Assembly (NCBI GenBank): GCA_030141605.1
Contig: JAQGDQ010002404.1
Coordinates: 1 to 64,000, forward strand
Reading direction: 5' to 3'
Length of the DNA: 64,000 nucleotides
Source: Tubiluchus corallicola
Taxonomy: Eukaryota > Animalia > Priapulida
The notes below the pieces were generated by a model that was not told the DNA's origin, made no database searches, and worked only from the letters and a program-made list of their open reading frames with translations. Shown here in pieces: positions 59,976-64,000 of this stretch. The position numbers were made by a program, and so were the translations under genes. The number at the start of each line of letters is the position of its first letter. Position 1 is the first letter of the stretch.

Positions 59976-60860
59976 GCTGTTGTTTTGTTCTACAAGCCTG
60001 TTAAGTACTGTTTCTACTAGTTTTTCCACAATAGGGTGGTAGTTTTCGTTTGCTTCGCCCGAAGCTCTGTTGGCTATTATTGTGCACACGGTGAGGGCAC
60101 GGTGTCCTAGTAAGCGGCTTAGGCCGTATATGCCAGAGCACTCCATTTCTAGGTTGGTTATTTTAAGCCCTTCATATCTAAATGTTTTTAGTTTGTTGTT
60201 TAGGTTTTTGTCTACAACTTTCAGGCGCAGTTCGCGTCCTTGTGGGCCATAAAACCCCGGAGCAGAGACAGTAATTACTGGAGCTATATCTTTTTTGCAA
60301 ATTTTGTTGAAGAGGTGCCTGTCGGCATCGACCACATAAGGAGATGAGAGCATTTTATTCCACGCGGTATGGTTTTTGAAAGCCTTTTCAAGCTTTAAGT
60401 CTGATATGTTAATCCTTTCGGAATAATAGTTGAGTAATCCGTCAAAGCCGATTGCTTTTTGTGACGCAATGTATGAGTTGAGTTCTGTATCCTCTTGCAG
60501 TGAGCCGGATGTCCCTATTCTTACAACGTTTAGTGCTGTGTGTCTCTTTTTGGGGACCCTCTTTTTCAAATCAATATTTACAAGGGCATCCAACTCATTC
60601 ATGACAATATCAATATTGTCTGTGCCTATACCTGTAGATAGTGCTGTTATTTTTGTGTTTTTATAGGTTCCTGTTGTGCTGAGGAACTCCCTGTTCCCGC
60701 CACTATAGCTTATAGTGTCAAAGTGGTTCGATATTACTTTTACACGAGCAGGATCTCCAACCAATATAACGTTTTCTGCAAGGTCTCTGGGTTTCATATG
60801 GAGATGAAAGATTGTTCCATCCCTGTTTATGATGAGTTCTGAAGGTTTTATTTTGTGCAT
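59970..60860 (-). CDS. Nucleoside phosphorylase (uridine phosphorylase-like, PNP_UDP_1)
   Basis: ILVGDP.RV, NREF, STGIGTDNIDI, RIGTSG, GFYGPQGR and NLEME motifs. Confidence 0.9.
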   Translation of the reverse strand: MHKIKPSELIINRDGTIFHLHMKPRDLAENVILVGDPARVKVISNHFDTISYSGGNREFLSTTGTYKNTKITALSTGIGTDNIDIVMNELDALVNIDLKKRVPKKRHTALNVVRIGTSGSLQEDTELNSYIASQKAIGFDGLLNYYSERINISDLKLEKAFKNHTAWNKMLSSPYVVDADRHLFNKICKKDIAPVITVSAPGFYGPQGRELRLKVVDKNLNNKLKTFRYEGLKITNLEMECSGIYGLSRLLGHRALTVCTIIANRASGEANENYHPIVEKLVETVLNRLVEQNNSL

Positions 60861-61214
60861 ATACCGTTTTTCCCTCTTATAGTTTTACTTGAGTATATAA
60901 AATTATTTAAATTTCATTGTGTTGCAAGTCTTTGTTGTCCTGGCATGTGTTTTATAGGTTTTTTGGAGCTGGAGATTTTTGCTTATGAGGAGGAAAAACT
61001 TTGTGAGTGGCAGTAACTTGTTGATGCAATTAGGGGTTTTGAAGATATTTTATGATGAAAAAATAGCAGATAGGCAGGTTAAGCAGTATGGTATCTTTGT
61101 AAATACTCAGGTTTTTATGGTTTATATTTTAACAGATGTTTAACAGTTTTTTTATGGATAGGTTGAAAAAAATTAGCACCTTCGTGTGTTGTTAACAATT
61201 TAAAATAAGGAAAG

Positions 61215-62024
61215 ATGAATTTAAAAAAGACTTATGTTATTGCTGCGGTGGCAGTATTATTTATCATAATATTTTTCGGAAGTAGTATGTTTTTCACTAT
61301 TCACCCCGGAGAGAGGGCTGTTATTTTTCGCAAGTTTTCTACCGGGCTGGATAAGGAGAGTGTATATACACCGGGGTTTCATATTATAGCACCGTGGAAC
61401 ACCCTTTACATGTATGATGTTAAAGAGCAAAAAGCGGAAGAGACACTTGATGTACTTGACAAGAGCGGGCTTTCTATAAGTGTGAATGTTTCTGTGCGCT
61501 TCAATCCTACATACAATAGGATAGGATATTTGCATGAGGTTTTTGGGAAGGGGTATATCAATCGTCTTATAATACCTGAAGTGCGATCTACAGTAAGGCG
61601 GGTTGCGGGCCGCTATACGGCGGAGGAGATTTATTCTACTAAAAGGGCAGAAGTGGAGTTGGCTATAGAGTTAGAAACCAAGAGTGTACTGGAAAATAAC
61701 AATATAGATATGAGAGCTATGCTTATTCGCTCTATCAACCTTCCTAATGAGATTAAGCAGGCTATTGAGAGCAAGCTGAAACAGGAGCAGGAAGCTTTGG
61801 CATACCAGTTTAGGCTTGACAAGGAGAAAAGTGAGGCAGAGAGAAAGCGTATTGAGGCTGAGGGTATAGCAAAATACAATAATATAATTAATGCGTCGCT
61901 TACAGAGAGAGTGTTGAAGCAGCGAGGTCTGGAAGCGACTTTGGAGCTGGCTTTGTCCGGTAATAGCAAGGTTGTTGTGATTGGTTCAGGTAAAGATGGC
62001 TTGCCTCTGATACTTGGCAACTAA
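61215..62024 (+). CDS. Prohibitin/SPFH (band 7) family protein
   Basis: N-terminal TM, GERAV.F, GFH.IAPWN, RS..R...GRYT.EE.YS.KR and AERKRIEAEG motifs. Confidence 0.9.
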   Translation: MNLKKTYVIAAVAVLFIIIFFGSSMFFTIHPGERAVIFRKFSTGLDKESVYTPGFHIIAPWNTLYMYDVKEQKAEETLDVLDKSGLSISVNVSVRFNPTYNRIGYLHEVFGKGYINRLIIPEVRSTVRRVAGRYTAEEIYSTKRAEVELAIELETKSVLENNNIDMRAMLIRSINLPNEIKQAIESKLKQEQEALAYQFRLDKEKSEAERKRIEAEGIAKYNNIINASLTERVLKQRGLEATLELALSGNSKVVVIGSGKDGLPLILGN

Positions 62025-62101
62025 GTGTACCCAGGAGTAGCTTTATTAGTTGAGTTTATGATAGTAGCATTTTGTATTGCTATGTAAAGTTTTTGTGCAG
62101 A

Positions 62102-62563
62102 ATGTTGCAGAGAGTTCAGACATTATATTTATTGATATCACTTTTGTTGATTGGCGCAATGTTTTTTGTTTTGTTTGCTACAATTACCGGTAGTGACGGT
62201 AATTTGTATCAATTTGATATAAAAGGTATTTGGGAAGATAGTGATGAGCATAACATTATTTTTGACGGGTGGCCTGTCGTGGTGATGGCTGCAATATGCA
62301 CATTGATAATGTTTTTTGCCGTTTTTTTGTACAAGAGGAGGATTTTGCAGATACGCATGTGTGTGCTTAGCCTTCTTTTGGATTTGGGTCTGTCTGGTGT
62401 TATTTACTATTTTTCCCGTCATGGAGCAAATTTGCTAAGTGGTTCTTACCGTTTTCAAATAGGAGTTATTTTGCCTCTTATTGCGGTTATTTTCACCTAT
62501 CTGGCAATACGGTCTATAGGTAAGGACGAGGCGCTGATACGCTCTTTGGACAGGCTCAGATAA
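62102..62563 (+). CDS. DUF4293 family membrane protein
   Basis: MLQRVQTLYL N-terminus, FLYKRR.LQIR and C-terminal I.KDEAL.RS.DRLR. Confidence 0.88.
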   Translation: MLQRVQTLYLLISLLLIGAMFFVLFATITGSDGNLYQFDIKGIWEDSDEHNIIFDGWPVVVMAAICTLIMFFAVFLYKRRILQIRMCVLSLLLDLGLSGVIYYFSRHGANLLSGSYRFQIGVILPLIAVIFTYLAIRSIGKDEALIRSLDRLR

Positions 62564-62700
62564 GGGGCTGTAAGGCTCATCTTTTTTATTAATCTTTTTG
62601 TTAAGATCCCTATTTGTGCCGATAGGGAGTGTTTTTATCATTGAGTTTTTCCTCAATCGGAACCGGTTTTTTTTGTCTCTCTTGTAAAGGGTTCATTTTT

Positions 62701-63999
62701 TTAGTTTTTCATCCACCAAAGCTGTTTCCATATCTTTTCACCATCATTTTTTTGCAATACACCCGGTGTGCTTCTCCCTTCTTCTATGTATTTTGTTAGC
62801 AGATTCCTGAGTTCTGTTACCTTTTCAGGATGTTTTTCCTGCATGTTACTTTTTTCAGCCGGGTCTTCTTTCAAGTTGTACAGTTGCACTAGTGGTAATT
62901 GTTCGATTACCTTGCTGTTTTCAGGTCTTGGGAAGCTCCATCCACCTGAGCCGGGACACATAATGAGCTTCCAGTCTCCTTTGCGAATGGCAAAGCTTCC
63001 GTTAATGGAGTGGTGTACTGTTGCTTCCCGGTAGTTTCTGCCAGTAACAGTCTGTTTAAATAGAGGTATCATGCTGTAACTATCCTCTGCTTCATTGCTT
63101 TGTAGTTTGTGTCCGGTAATTTCGGCGCAGGTGGCAGCGAGGTCGGTGGTGCAAATCACCTGGTCTGAGGAGGTGCCGGCTTTAATAACTTTAGGCCATT
63201 TTGCGATGAAAGGGACTCTATGCCCACCTTCAAAAATATCGGCTTTATGTCCCCGATAAGTGGCGCTTGGATTATGCCCTTTTTCCAATAGTTCGGGGTA
63301 TCCTGCTTCTGGTGAGCAACCATTGTCTGATGTAAAAATAATCAGTGTATTGTCCTCTATTCCCGATTTTTTAACGACATCGATTAGCTGTCCCATGTAG
63401 TTGTCGATCAACATCACAAAGTCACCATATGGGTTTAGCCCACTCTTACCTTTCCACTCTTTTGTGGGTAAGATAGGTGTATGTGGTGATGGTAAAGGGA
63501 GGTAAAGAAAGAAAGGCTTATTGCCTTCTGCATGTTCCCGGACATATTTGATGCTACGCCGAAAGAAGTTTGGAGTTACATCCTCGTGAATAAAATCTGG
63601 TGCTGTTAAGCCATTTCGCCACCATCCATATTTATCTTTACTTTCTGTTTTTTCTGTTGGTATGGCAGTGGCTTTTCCATTTTCGACATAGACATAAGGG
63701 CTCATGTCAAGTGAGCCACAGTGGGCGTAAGCGTAGTCAAAGCCTAAGTCGTTGGGGGTATGGGTGATCTCTTTGGAAAAGTCAATGTTTCCGTCTTCAC
63801 CTTTTGCCCAGTTCCACCCCAAGTGCCATTTTCCAATACATGCATTATGGTAACCGGCCTTTTTCAAAATGGAGGCTACTGTTGACCTGTCATTCGGAAT
63901 TAGTGCAGGCGATTTTCCACTTAAAACGCCTTTTTTTAGGGTTGAGCGCCAATTGTAACGCCCGGTTAAAATACCATAACGGGTGGGGGTGCATACTGA
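62701..63999 (-). CDS. Arylsulfatase (Cys-type sulfatase; 5' end beyond the window)
   Basis: The frame stays open to the window edge and contains SVCTPTRYGILTGRY (CxPxR), GKWHLG, FTSDNG and EGGHRVP. Confidence 0.92.
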   Translation of the reverse strand, partial: SVCTPTRYGILTGRYNWRSTLKKGVLSGKSPALIPNDRSTVASILKKAGYHNACIGKWHLGWNWAKGEDGNIDFSKEITHTPNDLGFDYAYAHCGSLDMSPYVYVENGKATAIPTEKTESKDKYGWWRNGLTAPDFIHEDVTPNFFRRSIKYVREHAEGNKPFFLYLPLPSPHTPILPTKEWKGKSGLNPYGDFVMLIDNYMGQLIDVVKKSGIEDNTLIIFTSDNGCSPEAGYPELLEKGHNPSATYRGHKADIFEGGHRVPFIAKWPKVIKAGTSSDQVICTTDLAATCAEITGHKLQSNEAEDSYSMIPLFKQTVTGRNYREATVHHSINGSFAIRKGDWKLIMCPGSGGWSFPRPENSKVIEQLPLVQLYNLKEDPAEKSNMQEKHPEKVTELRNLLTKYIEEGRSTPGVLQKNDGEKIWKQLWWMKN

Positions 64000-64000
64000 T

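Overview
Bacteroidota (Bacteroidales-like; TAnnTTTG promoters, SusC/SusD pair) chromosomal segment from a gapped assembly, with N-run 4211-4722. It is mostly housekeeping and envelope genes: AsmA, cinA, gltX, fprA, DUF349, pyrG, yidC, ribH, recF, DUF721, an octaheme cytochrome c/TPR protein, floA/NfeD, clpS, alpha-2-macroglobulin/pbpC, a probable sulfonolipid cysteate acyltransferase, SusC/D, polA, two LolE/FtsX permeases with a LolA-like protein, zapA, rny and a sulfatase. There are two tRNAs (Leu-GAG, Asn-GTT). Six insertion sequences from four families are present (IS5, 2x IS3, 2x IS256, IS1634), and five of them are inactivated. The most notable observations are: an IS1634 with a perfect 263-bp target duplication; an IS256 inserted into a vestige of its own terminal repeat; a 122-bp hairpin-bearing tandem array; a decayed T7-lysozyme-type amidase (prophage scar) missed by the ORF track; a short 6S-like RNA candidate between zapA and rny; and a codon-skew polarity switch across the gap. 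I did not find a CRISPR array or a clearly new multi-gene system. All family assignments come from motif recognition by eye, not from database searches.
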